DNA of 64,000 nt from a bacterium. Lineage in GTDB: Bacteria; UBA8248. The stretch lies in NCBI GenBank assembly GCA_965219955.1, contig OZ244799.1, positions 1,696,001 through 1,760,000 of the forward strand. The letters run 5' to 3'. Position 1 is the stretch's first letter. Every line of letters begins with the position of its first letter. Shown here piece by piece: positions 25,705 through 35,136 of this stretch. The notes beneath the pieces were generated by a model, which had not been told where the DNA came from, did no database searches, and saw only the letters and a program-made list of their open reading frames with translations. A program made the translations under genes and the position numbers.

Positions 25705-25794
25705 GAGAAGCCCCCCTTCACAGCCAGTACACCAAGAATGGGTATGCGCGCAAAGGTTTCATGTCACGCGAACTCAGCATGGCTCGCCTCCATC

Positions 25795-25879
25795 CGCCGG
25801 AATGACGGCCGATTGCGATCATTGTTAAGCGGCCTGGCAGCAATTGAACTTTCGTAGGGGCGGACCTAAGTGTCCGCCC
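25795..25879. repeat. 85-bp composite repeat, copy 1 (ends in a GTAG REP)
   Basis: Ungapped manual alignment to 27757-27841 with about 15 mismatches. Confidence 0.8.
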
Positions 25880-25915
25880 AGCCGTTCGTGAACGACCCCG
25901 TGCCGGATCGCTTCC

Positions 25916-26221
25916 CTACGCCGTCGTTTCGCGCGGCTTCACCCGCTTGGCGATCTCGCGGCCCTGCACGACCTCGGCCCGGCGAAGCTCCCAGGTCTTC
26001 TGCAGGTTCATCCAGAGTTCGGGCGTGGTTCCGAAATACCGCGCAAGACGCAGCGTCGTGTCCGCGCTCACGCCACGCCGGCCGTTCAGTATCTTCGTGA
26101 TCCGGTTCACCGGCACGCCCAGCGCCTTCGAGAGCGCATTGGCCGAGAGTTCCAGCGCGCCCATTTCCTCGCGCAGTATCTCGCCCGGATGCACCGGCCT
26201 CATTTTGTTCTTTGCGTTCAT
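25916..26221 (-). CDS. higA: HigA family addiction module antitoxin
   Basis: MRPVHPGEILREE, LRLARYFGTTPELWMNLQ. Confidence 0.92.
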   Translation of the reverse strand: MNAKNKMRPVHPGEILREEMGALELSANALSKALGVPVNRITKILNGRRGVSADTTLRLARYFGTTPELWMNLQKTWELRRAEVVQGREIAKRVKPRETTA

Positions 26222-26233
26222 CGGCCTGTTCCT

Positions 26234-26295
26234 TCAATGGTAGTCCACAATCTCCACGTCATGCGGTCCGTCGTCTTGCAGGCGAAGGAGATTGC
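26234..26295 (-). pseudogene. higB: HigB toxin C-terminal remnant
   Basis: Reads ..ISFA/(frameshift)QDDGPHDVEIVDYH*, the typical HigB C-terminus, just upstream of higA; the 5' part is replaced by a REP. Confidence 0.7.
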
Positions 26296-26326
26296 GTAGG
26301 GGCAGGCCCCTGTGCCTGCCCGCTTT

Positions 26327-26569
26327 TCATGAACGGCCCTTAGCCTCGGCGGCTGAGTCTGTAATGGCGTCCTCCGCCAGTTGTGAGAGATGCCTGCGAA
26401 GCGATTCTTTCGTGTCGAAGGTTTGGAACCGCCCCTCCTCGATGTCGGCGATCCCGACATCGGCTGCCTCGCGCAGGGTCTGCAGGCGAGCCCCGTCCTC
26501 CGCGGCCTGACGCTCCAGGGGGCGGATGCCTCCCTTGAGCAAGCGCGATTTCCCGGTGGGCCGCTTCAT
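26327..26569 (-). pseudogene. ParD-like antitoxin, apparently N-terminally truncated
   Basis: GIRPLERQAAEDGARLQTLREAADVGIADIEEGRF resembles the ParD C-terminal half; the RHH N-terminus is not recognisable. Confidence 0.55.
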
Positions 26570-27111
26570 TTTCGCCCGCCGCTTGAGGGGGAAAACCCGA
26601 TTCTGCCTTTTTTCTCCAGCTCGGGCGGGGCCATGAGTCCCCGGATGGCTTCGAAAACGACCTTGAACTGCTTGTCATATTTCTTCTCCAGAGCGGAGAA
26701 CTTGCGCGCGAGGTCGGCATGGCTCGCCTGCATCCGCCGCAACTCCACGAAGGCGCGCATGATCTCGATGTTCACCCGAATCGCCCGCTCGCTGCGAAGT
26801 ACGCTTGAGAGCATGGCGACCCCCTGTTCGGTGAACGCATAAGGCGGGTAACGCCTGCCGCCCCAACTTGAGGTCACAATTTGTGACCTCAAGTCGCCGA
26901 ACTCCTGTTTCGTAAGCCTGAAGGTGAAATCCGCCGGGAAGCGCTCGATGTTCCTCCTGACGGCTTGCAGGAAGACCTTGGTTTCGACGCCGTAGGGGGC
27001 GGCCAAGTCGGCATCCAGCATGACTTTCAGATCGCGGATGAGATGGATGGACCGTTCGATACGCTCCAGAGGCGCGGAAGGAGCAACTTCGTTCTTTTTC
27101 CTGGTTCCCAC
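26566..27111 (-). CDS. ORF6N domain DNA-binding protein
   Basis: [15 protein letters not shown]...[13 protein letters not shown] and [18 protein letters not shown] motifs. Confidence 0.88.
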   Translation of the reverse strand: MGTRKKNEVAPSAPLERIERSIHLIRDLKVMLDADLAAPYGVETKVFLQAVRRNIERFPADFTFRLTKQEFGDLRSQIVTSSWGGRRYPPYAFTEQGVAMLSSVLRSERAIRVNIEIMRAFVELRRMQASHADLARKFSALEKKYDKQFKVVFEAIRGLMAPPELEKKGRIGFSPSSGGRK

Positions 27112-27429
27112 ACTCCGATCCCCTCAGGTCGTCAGTAACGGCGGCGAACCGACACCCCCTGCGCCTCGGCCCTTTCGAGCGTCGGCATGTCGAGGGTCCT
27201 CATGGAATCGGTACGAACAGACTACGCCAATCGCCTCCAAGGAGCAAAACGATTTCAGCGTGGTTAAATCCCCGGCTCGTAAAGAATTTTTCGTAGGGGT
27301 GTCGAACTTCCCCGAGGAGGGGGAGTTCGAGTGTGTCCGCCCGCCTTGGGGTCGCCGCCTCGTCGTCATTCCGGTGTCAATCCCGATTGAAGAATGAGGG
27401 ACTGAGGAATCCAGAACAGATGAGTTTGA

Positions 27430-27560
27430 TAACGCCTGCCGCTCCAACTTGAGATCACAATTTGTGATCTCAAATCCTCGAATTCGGGTTTTGTGAGTCG
27501 AAAGGTGAAGTCTGCCGGAAAGCGATCAATGTTCCTTTTGACGGACATTAAGAAGACTTC
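27430..27560 (-). pseudogene. Fragment of a second ORF6N gene
   Basis: [43 protein letters not shown] is closely similar to the internal part of 26566-27111 and is flanked by repeats. Confidence 0.75.
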
Positions 27561-27626
27561 GCTGGAATCACTCCTCCCTTGAGGGTCTGTTGAGAAAGCC
27601 CTCCTCGCTCGGAGTTGACCACCGCC

Positions 27627-27770
27627 GTCATTCCGGCGAATGCCGGAATCCAGAACCAAGGCAAGTGAATATCTTATAGCTTTTCATTCCCTCATTGATT
27701 AGGAGACAAGCAGGAAAATCAAAAGGCAAAAAACAAATTCCCTGGATTCCGGCATGCGCCGGAATGACGG
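27627..27770. repeat. GTCATTCCGG...CCGGAATGAC palindromic element
   Basis: GTCATTCCGGCGAATGCCGGAATCCAG ... CTGGATTCCGGCATGCGCCGGAATGAC inverted ends around an AT-rich spacer. Confidence 0.75.
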
Positions 27771-27841
27771 CTATCTGCGATTATTGTTAAGCGGGTAGGA
27801 AGGAAATGAACTTCCGTAAGGGCGGACCTAAGCGTCCGCCT
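27757..27841. repeat. 85-bp composite repeat, copy 2
   Basis: Direct repeat of 25795-25879. Confidence 0.8.
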
Positions 27842-27856
27842 CCGCAGAGGTGCGCG

Positions 27857-28756
27857 TTAGGCCGCCCTATGTCCCTTGCATATCGCACACTGGCATCCCG
27901 CATCCGTGAAGTGACGAACCCCTACCACACGTCTGCGATTTCGATCTGCACGAGTGTATATTTTGTTGAATAGCGTCGTCTCTCCATTCTCCACAAATCG
28001 CCGCAACGAATAGCTGCAGAGGTCGGCGATCTGAACCATGCTGGTCAGTTGACTGTCGACGAACAGTGGCGTCTCGATGATTCTCTCAATCCTCGTCCAA
28101 AGAGTCCCTTTCCGTTGAAATTCCCTCATTAGCTGCGTATGTTTTTTTTCAACGGTTTCGTTGTTGTCATGAACAATAAGTCCATAATTCCTCTGACCAT
28201 TCGTATCATCCGTGTTCTGGAGATATTGCTCGAATCTGGATATTACTTGTTCGAATGCTTGTTCATCCACGGGAGATTGCGCTCGTTGCGGGTCAAAATG
28301 AATCTTGTCTATGCACTCTGCGAACAATCGGGCGAATCCCCATCTTGAAACGCAATCCGCTATCTCGGCTAGAAAATTTTGACGCTCTTGCAAGGTCATG
28401 TGGATGTACGCTTCCGTCTTCGCATAATTTTTTCTGGTTTGATGATAAGTCCGACTGTTGTTTGAATTCTGAAGTCGGAGAAGTTCTCTTGTTCGATATC
28501 TCCGAACTTCCGACTCTCTTTGCATACGACTAAGGTTATTGAAGTTGTTGATTCGAGTTTGCTCCAGGTACTTCCTTAGCATCCATGCAGTGTGTATTTC
28601 CGCATTATCGAGGCCGTATCGACGTTTAATAATCGTAATTTCACGATCTGCGTCCCGCCAGTGCCAGATAGGCAATGAGAGCCCTGCGAGGACGAAGTGA
28701 GATGTGTTGCCAGGAATATCGGAGGTCCCAGATTCATCAATGTAGCAAAGATACAT
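27857..28756 (-). CDS. DUF3800 domain-containing protein
   Basis: N-terminal YIDESG and C-terminal FVDS..TSMVQIADLCSY, characteristic of DUF3800; AGGAGG RBS; low GC. Confidence 0.85.
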   Translation of the reverse strand: MYLCYIDESGTSDIPGNTSHFVLAGLSLPIWHWRDADREITIIKRRYGLDNAEIHTAWMLRKYLEQTRINNFNNLSRMQRESEVRRYRTRELLRLQNSNNSRTYHQTRKNYAKTEAYIHMTLQERQNFLAEIADCVSRWGFARLFAECIDKIHFDPQRAQSPVDEQAFEQVISRFEQYLQNTDDTNGQRNYGLIVHDNNETVEKKHTQLMREFQRKGTLWTRIERIIETPLFVDSQLTSMVQIADLCSYSLRRFVENGETTLFNKIYTRADRNRRRVVGVRHFTDAGCQCAICKGHRAA

Positions 28757-28780
28757 CGAATCAACCTCCTGATTTTGGAC

Positions 28781-28860
28781 AAAAAAAAGCGACTGGGCTT
28801 TTAGGGCCTTAGGCCCTAAGACGAGACGCTTGGCGACTCATCCCAGACGCTGTTTGAGTC
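28781..28860 (-). ncRNA. Putative DUF3800-associated three-way-junction RNA
   Basis: Closing stem AGCG.CTGGG/CCCAG.CGCT, hairpins GATGAG.CGC-CAA-GCG.CTCGTC and TTAGGGCC-TAA-GGCCCTAA, then T8. Confidence 0.65.
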
Positions 28861-28915
28861 CTAATATATCATTACACTGAAGTCAAGCGCAAAATTCACC
28901 CACTTATCATCTCCC

Positions 28916-29650
28916 CTACCCCCCCAACCGCTTATACGCCTCCGTGTCTCTTAACGGGGAGTCGGGCTTGACGCCCTCGGCGGGGGTTTTGCCTTCGGAG
29001 TCTTTCGCGGCGGGGTCGGCGCCGGCGTCGAGCAGGGCCTCGACCACCGCGAGGATGACGCCGTCTTTCGCCGCTGCGTAGTGGAGGGGGGTTCGCACGC
29101 GCTTGTCGCGCACGTCGGGGTTCGCGCCCGCCGCGAGCAGGGCCTTCACGATGGCGGGGGCCGAACTGCGCATCCCCGCCCAGTGCAGCGGCGCCAGGCC
29201 CTTCCTGTCCGGCGTGTTTACCCGGGCGCCCCCCCGCACCAGGATCTCCACGACGTCCGAGGCTTCGCCGAACGCCGCCGCCGCGTGCAGGGCCGTCCAT
29301 CCGAATATGCCCTCCGCGTTCGGGTCGGCGCCGGCGTCCAGCAGGGTCGTCACGATCCCGGGAGCCGCGTTGAACGCCACCGCCGTGTGGAGGGGCGTCG
29401 CTCCTCTCTCATCCGGCGCGTTCGGGTCGGCCCCGGCCCGCGTCAAGGCGGTCAGCACCGCCGGATTATCGGCGAAGCATGCCGCCCAGTGGAGCGGCGT
29501 CCATCCTTTATTGTCCCGCGCGTTCACCTCGGCCCCGGCCTCGAGCAGGCCCCCCACGATTTCGGGGGCGCCGTCGTCCATCACCGCACGGTGCAAGGCC
29601 GTGGCTCCGTCTTCACCCCGCGCGTTCGGGCCGCTTGCTTCCGTAGACAT
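28916..29650 (-). CDS. Ankyrin repeat protein
   Basis: About 6 repeats of G.TPLH.AA......V..LL.AGADPNA. Confidence 0.92.
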   Translation of the reverse strand: MSTEASGPNARGEDGATALHRAVMDDGAPEIVGGLLEAGAEVNARDNKGWTPLHWAACFADNPAVLTALTRAGADPNAPDERGATPLHTAVAFNAAPGIVTTLLDAGADPNAEGIFGWTALHAAAAFGEASDVVEILVRGGARVNTPDRKGLAPLHWAGMRSSAPAIVKALLAAGANPDVRDKRVRTPLHYAAAKDGVILAVVEALLDAGADPAAKDSEGKTPAEGVKPDSPLRDTEAYKRLGG

Positions 29651-29787
29651 CGTGTTCTCCCGTTTTGCGATCGCCCCGCACTTGAACTTCCGGCGTCCGG
29701 GTCTTCACGAGGCGCTCGCCTGGGTCCTTTCGTTATGTATCGAACCGCATGAAACCAACTATATACGAGAAACCGAAAAAATGCGTC

Positions 29788-30060
29788 TTAATCCTCCGCC
29801 CCGGGCGGGCCGCCTCGCTCATTGAACTTCTCCGCGCACGCCACGCTGCAGAACGAGTGCCTGCCGCCGCCCGCGCGCTTCGTAATCGCGATGCGCGAGG
29901 GAAAGAACGTCGCACACTCGGGACAGTTCAGCATCTCATCGTCCAGGCCGCCCTCGGCTTCCCGATTTTTTCGCCCGGCGATTCCCGAACCGGTAAGCAG
30001 ACTGCGTATAAGATAGAATATCAGCCACGATAAAACCAGATAAAAAAAGAATCGAAACAT
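29788..30060 (-). CDS. Small membrane-anchored Zn-binding protein (PP0621/TRASH-like)
   Basis: N-terminal TM helix followed by CPEC...FCSVAC. Confidence 0.65.
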   Translation of the reverse strand: MFRFFFYLVLSWLIFYLIRSLLTGSGIAGRKNREAEGGLDDEMLNCPECATFFPSRIAITKRAGGGRHSFCSVACAEKFNERGGPPGAED

Positions 30061-30134
30061 GCGCCGGGCCTCACGAGGTGCAGCGAGATTCGGAAAAGCG
30101 ATACTCTACACTCTGGATCGCAAGATGGGAATCG

Positions 30135-33100
30135 CTAGGCGCGCGCGAGCGCGGGCGCCTTCGCGTGGTAATCCTGCAGGGAGCGCACCGAATACTCGTT
30201 CTCGCGCAGAATGCGTATGGCGCGGATGGCCGCCTGGCCGGCGGCGAGCGTGGTGCAATAGAAGATGTTCCTCAAAAGCGCCGTCCTGCGGATGGAGTAG
30301 CTGTCCTTTATCGACTGCTTGCCCGCCGTGGTGTTGAGCACGAACTGCACCTCCCCCGCCTCCATCCGGTCCACGACGTGGCCCGGCTCGCCGTCGGTCA
30401 CCTTGTGGACGAAGTCCGCCTCGATGCCGTTGGCCAGGAGCGCCGCCCTCGTGCCCGCCGTGGCCACGAGGGAGAAGCCCAGTTCGACGAGCAGCTGCGC
30501 CAGGGGGATGATGGCCGCCTTGTCCCCGTCGCGAACGGAGATGAACGCCCGGCCTTCCAGGGGCAGGACGGAGCCGGCTCCTTCTTGCGCTTTCAGGAAT
30601 GCCGTGGGGAAATCCGCCCCCAGCCCCATCACCTCGCCGGTCGATTTCATCTCGGGGCCCAGGATCACGTCCACACCGGGGAACTTCTTGAACGGGAACA
30701 CCGCCTCCTTCACGCCGAAATGGCGCGGCTCCACGTCGTGATCCAGGCCGAGCGCGGGGAGCGTCTCCCCCGCCATGGCCCGGGCGGCGACCTTGGCGAA
30801 GGGCACGCCGACCACCTTGCTCACGTAGGGCACCGTGCGGCTCGCGCGCGGGTTCACCTCCAGGATGAAAACCTGGCGCTTGTGGACCGCGAACTGCACG
30901 TTGTTCAGGCCCACGACGCCCAATGATTTCGCCAGAATCCGCGTCTGGCGCTTGAGCTCTTCCACGATGTCGGGGCCGAGCGTGTAGGGGGGGATCGAAC
31001 AGGCCGAATCGCCGCTGTGGATCCCCGCCTCCTCGATGTGCTCCATCACGCCCGCGATAATGACGTTCTCCCCGTCCGATACCGCGTCCACGTCCACCTC
31101 CACGGCGTCTTCCAAAAACCTGTCGATGAGCACGGGCCGCTCGGCGGAGGCGCGGACGGCGTCGCGCATATAGGCAGCGAGTTCATCCGCGTCGTGGACG
31201 AGCGCCATGGCCCGCCCGCCGAGCACGTAGCTGGGCCGCATGAGCACGGGGTAGCCGATGGCGTTCGCTATCGCGAGCGCGTCTTCCGTATTCGTCGCCG
31301 TGCCCGAGGGCGGCTGGGTGAGGTGGAGTTCCTTGAGCAGGTGGCTGAAGCGGTCGCGATCTTCGGTCAGGTCGATGCTCTCGGGCGAGGTTCCCAGAAT
31401 CGGCGCGCCCGCTTCCTTGAGCGCCAGGGCGAGCTTGAGCGGCGTCTGTCCCCCGAACTGCACGATGACGCCAGCGGGTTTTTCGCGGTGGATGATTTCG
31501 AGCACGTCCTCGAGCGTCAGGGGTTCGAAGTAGAGCCTGTCGCTGGTATCGTAATCCGTGCTCACCGTCTCGGGGTTGCAATTCACCATGATGGCCTCGA
31601 AACCCGCTTCGGCGAGCGCCGTCACGGCGTGGACGCAGCAGTAGTCGAACTCGATGCCCTGCCCGATGCGGTTGGGGCCGCCGCCCAGAATGATGATCTT
31701 CTCGCGCGCGGTCGGCGGGGCCTCGTCTTCCTGCTCGTAGGTGGAATAGAGATAGGGCGTGTGGGCCTCGAATTCCGCGGCGCAGGTATCCACCTGCTTG
31801 TAGACGGGCCGGACGCCCAGGCGGCCCCGCGCGTCGCGGACCGCGCTCTCCGCCACCCCCTGCCTTCCGGCGATCTCCAAGTCGCTGAAGCCGTTTTGCT
31901 TCAAGTAGCGGAGGCGGAACGCATCGTCCAGAAGACCGGGCGCGCTCAAGTCTTCCTCCAGTTCCACGAGTTCGGCCAGGTGCGCCAGAAACCACGGGTC
32001 GACGCCAGAGGCGCGGTATATCGCATCTTCCGTCCATCCCTCCCTGTAGGCGCGGGCGATTGTCCAGAGGCGATCGGGGCCGGGTATACTCAATCCCTGC
32101 AAAATCAATTTCTTGCGTTCTTCTTCCGAGAATCCTTCGAGCTCCTGGGGATTGGGGTCCGCCAGGCCGTAGCGGTCGATCTCGAGCGAGCGGACGGCCT
32201 TCATGAGCGATTCCCTAAAGGTTCTGCCGATGGACATCACCTCCCCGACCGAGCGCATCTGGGTGTCGAGGACGGGGGGCGTCTCGGGGAATTTCTCGAA
32301 CGTGAAGCGCGGTATCTTCGTGACGCAGTAATCGATGGACGGCTCGAAAGAGGCGGGCGTCTGGCGGGTGATGTCGTTGGGTATCTCATCGAGCGTGAGG
32401 CCCACGGCGAGCTTGGCGGCTATCTTCGCGATGGGAAAGCCCGTGGCCTTGCTCGCAAGGGCCGAGCTTCGCGACACCCTGGGGTTCATCTCGATGACGA
32501 CCATCCGGCCGTCGGTGGGACTCAGGCCGAACTGGATGTTCGAGCCGCCGCACTCGACCCCGACTTTCCGGATGCAGGCGATGGCCGCGTCGCGCATCGT
32601 CTGGTATTCGCGGTCGGAGAGCGTCTGCGCGGGGGCGACGGTGATGGAATCGCCCGTGTGGACGCCCATGGGGTCCAAGTTCTCGATGGAGCAGATGATG
32701 GAGACGTTGTCCTTCAAGTCCCGCATCACTTCGAGTTCGAACTCCTTCCAGCCCAGGACGCTCTCTTCCAAGAGCACCTGATCCACCGGGCTTTCGGAAA
32801 GCGCCCAGGCGAGTTTCTCCTCAAACTCATCCTCGGTGAACGCCACGGCCCCGCCCGAGCCGCCCAGCGTGAAGGCGGGCCGAAGGATAATCGGGAAGCC
32901 GATGTCGCGCGCCGCCGTCCAGCCCTCCGTCATCGTGGTGACGACCTCGCTCCGGGGGAGATCCAGACCTATCTCGCGCATCGCCTTCTTGAAGAGGTCC
33001 CTGTCCTCTGCGCAGCGGATGGCGGGCAGCTTCGCGCCGATGAGTTCCACGCCCCAGGCTTCGAGGGCGCCGCTCTCGGCGAGAGCCACCGCCGTGTTCA

Positions 33101-33386
33101 GTCCCGTCTGGCCGCCCATGGTGGGCAGCAGGGCGTCGGGGCGCTCTTTCCTGATGATCTCCTCCACCACCCTGGGCGTGATGGGCTCCACGTAGGTGGC
33201 GTCGGCCATCTCGGGGTCGGTCATGATGGTGGCGGGGTTCGAGTTCACCAGCACCACCTCGTAGCCCTCCTCGCGCAGGGCCTTGCACGCCTGCGCGCCC
33301 GAATAGTCGAACTCGCACGCCTGCCCGATGACGATGGGGCCGGAGCCTATGATGAGAATTTTCGATATGTCCGTTCTTTTCGGCAT
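30135..33386 (-). CDS. carB: Carbamoyl-phosphate synthase large subunit
   Basis: [28 protein letters not shown], duplicated ATP-grasp domains and an MGS domain. Confidence 0.97.
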   Translation of the reverse strand: MPKRTDISKILIIGSGPIVIGQACEFDYSGAQACKALREEGYEVVLVNSNPATIMTDPEMADATYVEPITPRVVEEIIRKERPDALLPTMGGQTGLNTAVALAESGALEAWGVELIGAKLPAIRCAEDRDLFKKAMREIGLDLPRSEVVTTMTEGWTAARDIGFPIILRPAFTLGGSGGAVAFTEDEFEEKLAWALSESPVDQVLLEESVLGWKEFELEVMRDLKDNVSIICSIENLDPMGVHTGDSITVAPAQTLSDREYQTMRDAAIACIRKVGVECGGSNIQFGLSPTDGRMVVIEMNPRVSRSSALASKATGFPIAKIAAKLAVGLTLDEIPNDITRQTPASFEPSIDYCVTKIPRFTFEKFPETPPVLDTQMRSVGEVMSIGRTFRESLMKAVRSLEIDRYGLADPNPQELEGFSEEERKKLILQGLSIPGPDRLWTIARAYREGWTEDAIYRASGVDPWFLAHLAELVELEEDLSAPGLLDDAFRLRYLKQNGFSDLEIAGRQGVAESAVRDARGRLGVRPVYKQVDTCAAEFEAHTPYLYSTYEQEDEAPPTAREKIIILGGGPNRIGQGIEFDYCCVHAVTALAEAGFEAIMVNCNPETVSTDYDTSDRLYFEPLTLEDVLEIIHREKPAGVIVQFGGQTPLKLALALKEAGAPILGTSPESIDLTEDRDRFSHLLKELHLTQPPSGTATNTEDALAIANAIGYPVLMRPSYVLGGRAMALVHDADELAAYMRDAVRASAERPVLIDRFLEDAVEVDVDAVSDGENVIIAGVMEHIEEAGIHSGDSACSIPPYTLGPDIVEELKRQTRILAKSLGVVGLNNVQFAVHKRQVFILEVNPRASRTVPYVSKVVGVPFAKVAARAMAGETLPALGLDHDVEPRHFGVKEAVFPFKKFPGVDVILGPEMKSTGEVMGLGADFPTAFLKAQEGAGSVLPLEGRAFISVRDGDKAAIIPLAQLLVELGFSLVATAGTRAALLANGIEADFVHKVTDGEPGHVVDRMEAGEVQFVLNTTAGKQSIKDSYSIRRTALLRNIFYCTTLAAGQAAIRAIRILRENEYSVRSLQDYHAKAPALARA

Positions 33387-33577
33387 GAATCAGGCCACCC
33401 GCTTGAAAATGGAAAATATAAAGGGCGTTTCAAATTCCCGCTGATGAAATCGCCTCCCCGCGCCTCCCGGTTTCCGGGAATGATATGCTTCGGCTGACAA
33501 CTCCTTTTCGCCGGTCAATTCATATTTCTTCTCCGAAACCACGCTCCGCCGCCTGGGTTTTCCCACTCCCCCCTTGA

Positions 33578-33846
33578 GGGGTCTGTTGATAATGCCCACA
33601 CAAGGAGCGCGCTGCCTTTCACTCCCCCCTTGAGGGGGAGTAGCAGAAGCCGAGCGGTTTGTGCGAAGGCTGATGCGTGGGGGGTAAAATGCGTTTTATC
33701 GCCATTCCGGATTATACCCCACCACCGAATCGCTTTCGGGCTTACGCCCTCAACTCTTCGACTCCCCCTCAAGGGGGGAGTGATTTCTTCTCTCTCGTCA
33801 GTTGCCTGAATTCCCAAATTCGCTCCAGGGGGCTTTCAACAGTCCC
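33578..33846. mobile_element. MITE-like element with hairpin cargo between carA and carB
   Basis: Imperfect inverted ends GGGGTCTGTTGATAATGCCC / GGGGGCTTTCAACAGTCCC enclosing two ACTCCCCC-TTGA-GGGGGAGT type hairpins. Confidence 0.55.
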
Positions 33847-33919
33847 TCGAGGATCGGGCATCTCCCCTTAGGGATGCCCGACCCTAAGGAAGGGAATCCC
33901 GATCATCATATTATTCACC

Positions 33920-33978
33920 GTAGGGACAGGCCTCCGTGCCTGTCCTGACGAAGGACAACCACGGAGGGTTGTCCCTAC
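33920..33978. repeat. GTAG-type REP doublet
   Basis: GTAGGGACAGGCCTCCGTGCCTGTCCTGACGAAGGACAACCACGGAGGGTTGTCCCTAC, one mismatch to 55450-55508. Confidence 0.85.
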
Positions 33979-34044
33979 AAAACCATCGCGCCTTGCCGTA
34001 CCTTTCAATTGCTCATCGTCCTTATAAGAATCCGTGCGCATCCC

Positions 34045-35136
34045 TCACTCCCCCACGCAGAAGCTGAAGAACGCATCGAACAGCGCGCCCGCGTCGTGCG
34101 GGCCGGGGCAGGCCTCGGGGTGGTACTGCACGCTGAACACTTTGGGAGATTCGGACCTGAGACCCTCGCAGGTCTTGTCGTTGAGAGACGAATGCGTAAC
34201 CGCCACGCCCGCGGGCAGGCTATCCGGGTCCACGGCGAACGAGTGGTTCTGCGAGGTGATGTCCACCTTTTTCGTGCTCAAATCCTGAACGGGATGGTTC
34301 GCCCCGTGGTGGCCGAATTTTAACTTATACGTCCTCCCGCCCAGGGCCTGTGCGAGGATCTGGTGCCCGAGACAAATGCCCACCACCGGAACCCGGCCCA
34401 TGATCGATTTCACGTTCTCGACGACGTAGCCGAGCGCCGCCGGGTCGCCGGGTCCGTTCGAGAGGAAAACGGCGGCGGGCTTTCTCGCCAGCACGCTCTC
34501 TGCGGTCTCCGAAGCGGGCACGATTTCGAGATCGAACCTTTGGCCCAGTTCCCGGAAAATGTTGTCCTTGGCCCCCAGGTCGTAGGCCACGCAGAGCGGG
34601 CGGCCCTTGCGCTCGCCGTATGCGTGCGCGGCCTCGCAGGTGACGTCGCGCACCATGTCGCGCCCGTCGAGCCCCGGACTCGCCTTGGCGCGCGCGATGA
34701 GGTTTTCTTCGTCCAGATCCGTTGAGGAGAGTATCGCCCGTAGAGCGCCCGCTTCCCGGATGTGGCGCGTGAGCGCGCGCGTGTCGACGCCCTCGATGCC
34801 CGGAACGCCCTGTCTTTTGAGATAGGAATCCAGGTCCTCGTTCGCCCGGAAGTTGCTGTGCCGCCTGCAGACTTCCTTCACGATGAAGGCCTCGACCCAG
34901 GCGCGGCGGGATTCCTCATCGCCGGGGATGACGCCGTAATTCCCGATGTGGGGATACGTCATCACCACCATCTGGCCGCGGTAGGAGGGGTCGGTGAGCA
35001 CCTCCTGGTAGCCCGTCATCGCCGTGTTGAAGACGAGTTCGCCCTCCGCGTCCGCGTCCGCCCCGAAACTTGCGCCCCGGAAGACTCTGCCGTCCTCCAG
35101 GGCCAGGAGCGCCGGTTTGATTTTCCGTCCTCTCAT
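34045..35136 (-). CDS. carA: Carbamoyl-phosphate synthase small subunit
   Basis: GELVFNTAMTGYQEVLTDPSY, SNGPGDP, GICLGHQ and QYHPEA motifs; ATGA overlap with the pyrC stop. Confidence 0.96.
   Translation of the reverse strand: MRGRKIKPALLALEDGRVFRGASFGADADAEGELVFNTAMTGYQEVLTDPSYRGQMVVMTYPHIGNYGVIPGDEESRRAWVEAFIVKEVCRRHSNFRANEDLDSYLKRQGVPGIEGVDTRALTRHIREAGALRAILSSTDLDEENLIARAKASPGLDGRDMVRDVTCEAAHAYGERKGRPLCVAYDLGAKDNIFRELGQRFDLEIVPASETAESVLARKPAAVFLSNGPGDPAALGYVVENVKSIMGRVPVVGICLGHQILAQALGGRTYKLKFGHHGANHPVQDLSTKKVDITSQNHSFAVDPDSLPAGVAVTHSSLNDKTCEGLRSESPKVFSVQYHPEACPGPHDAGALFDAFFSFCVGE

Noticed and set aside
25100-28900. Integron cassette array or prophage
   Set aside because: Isolated RYYYAAC-like boxes (GCCTAAC, GCTTAAC) exist, but I could not find paired R'/L boxes forming complete attC sites, and there is no integrase or phage structural gene.
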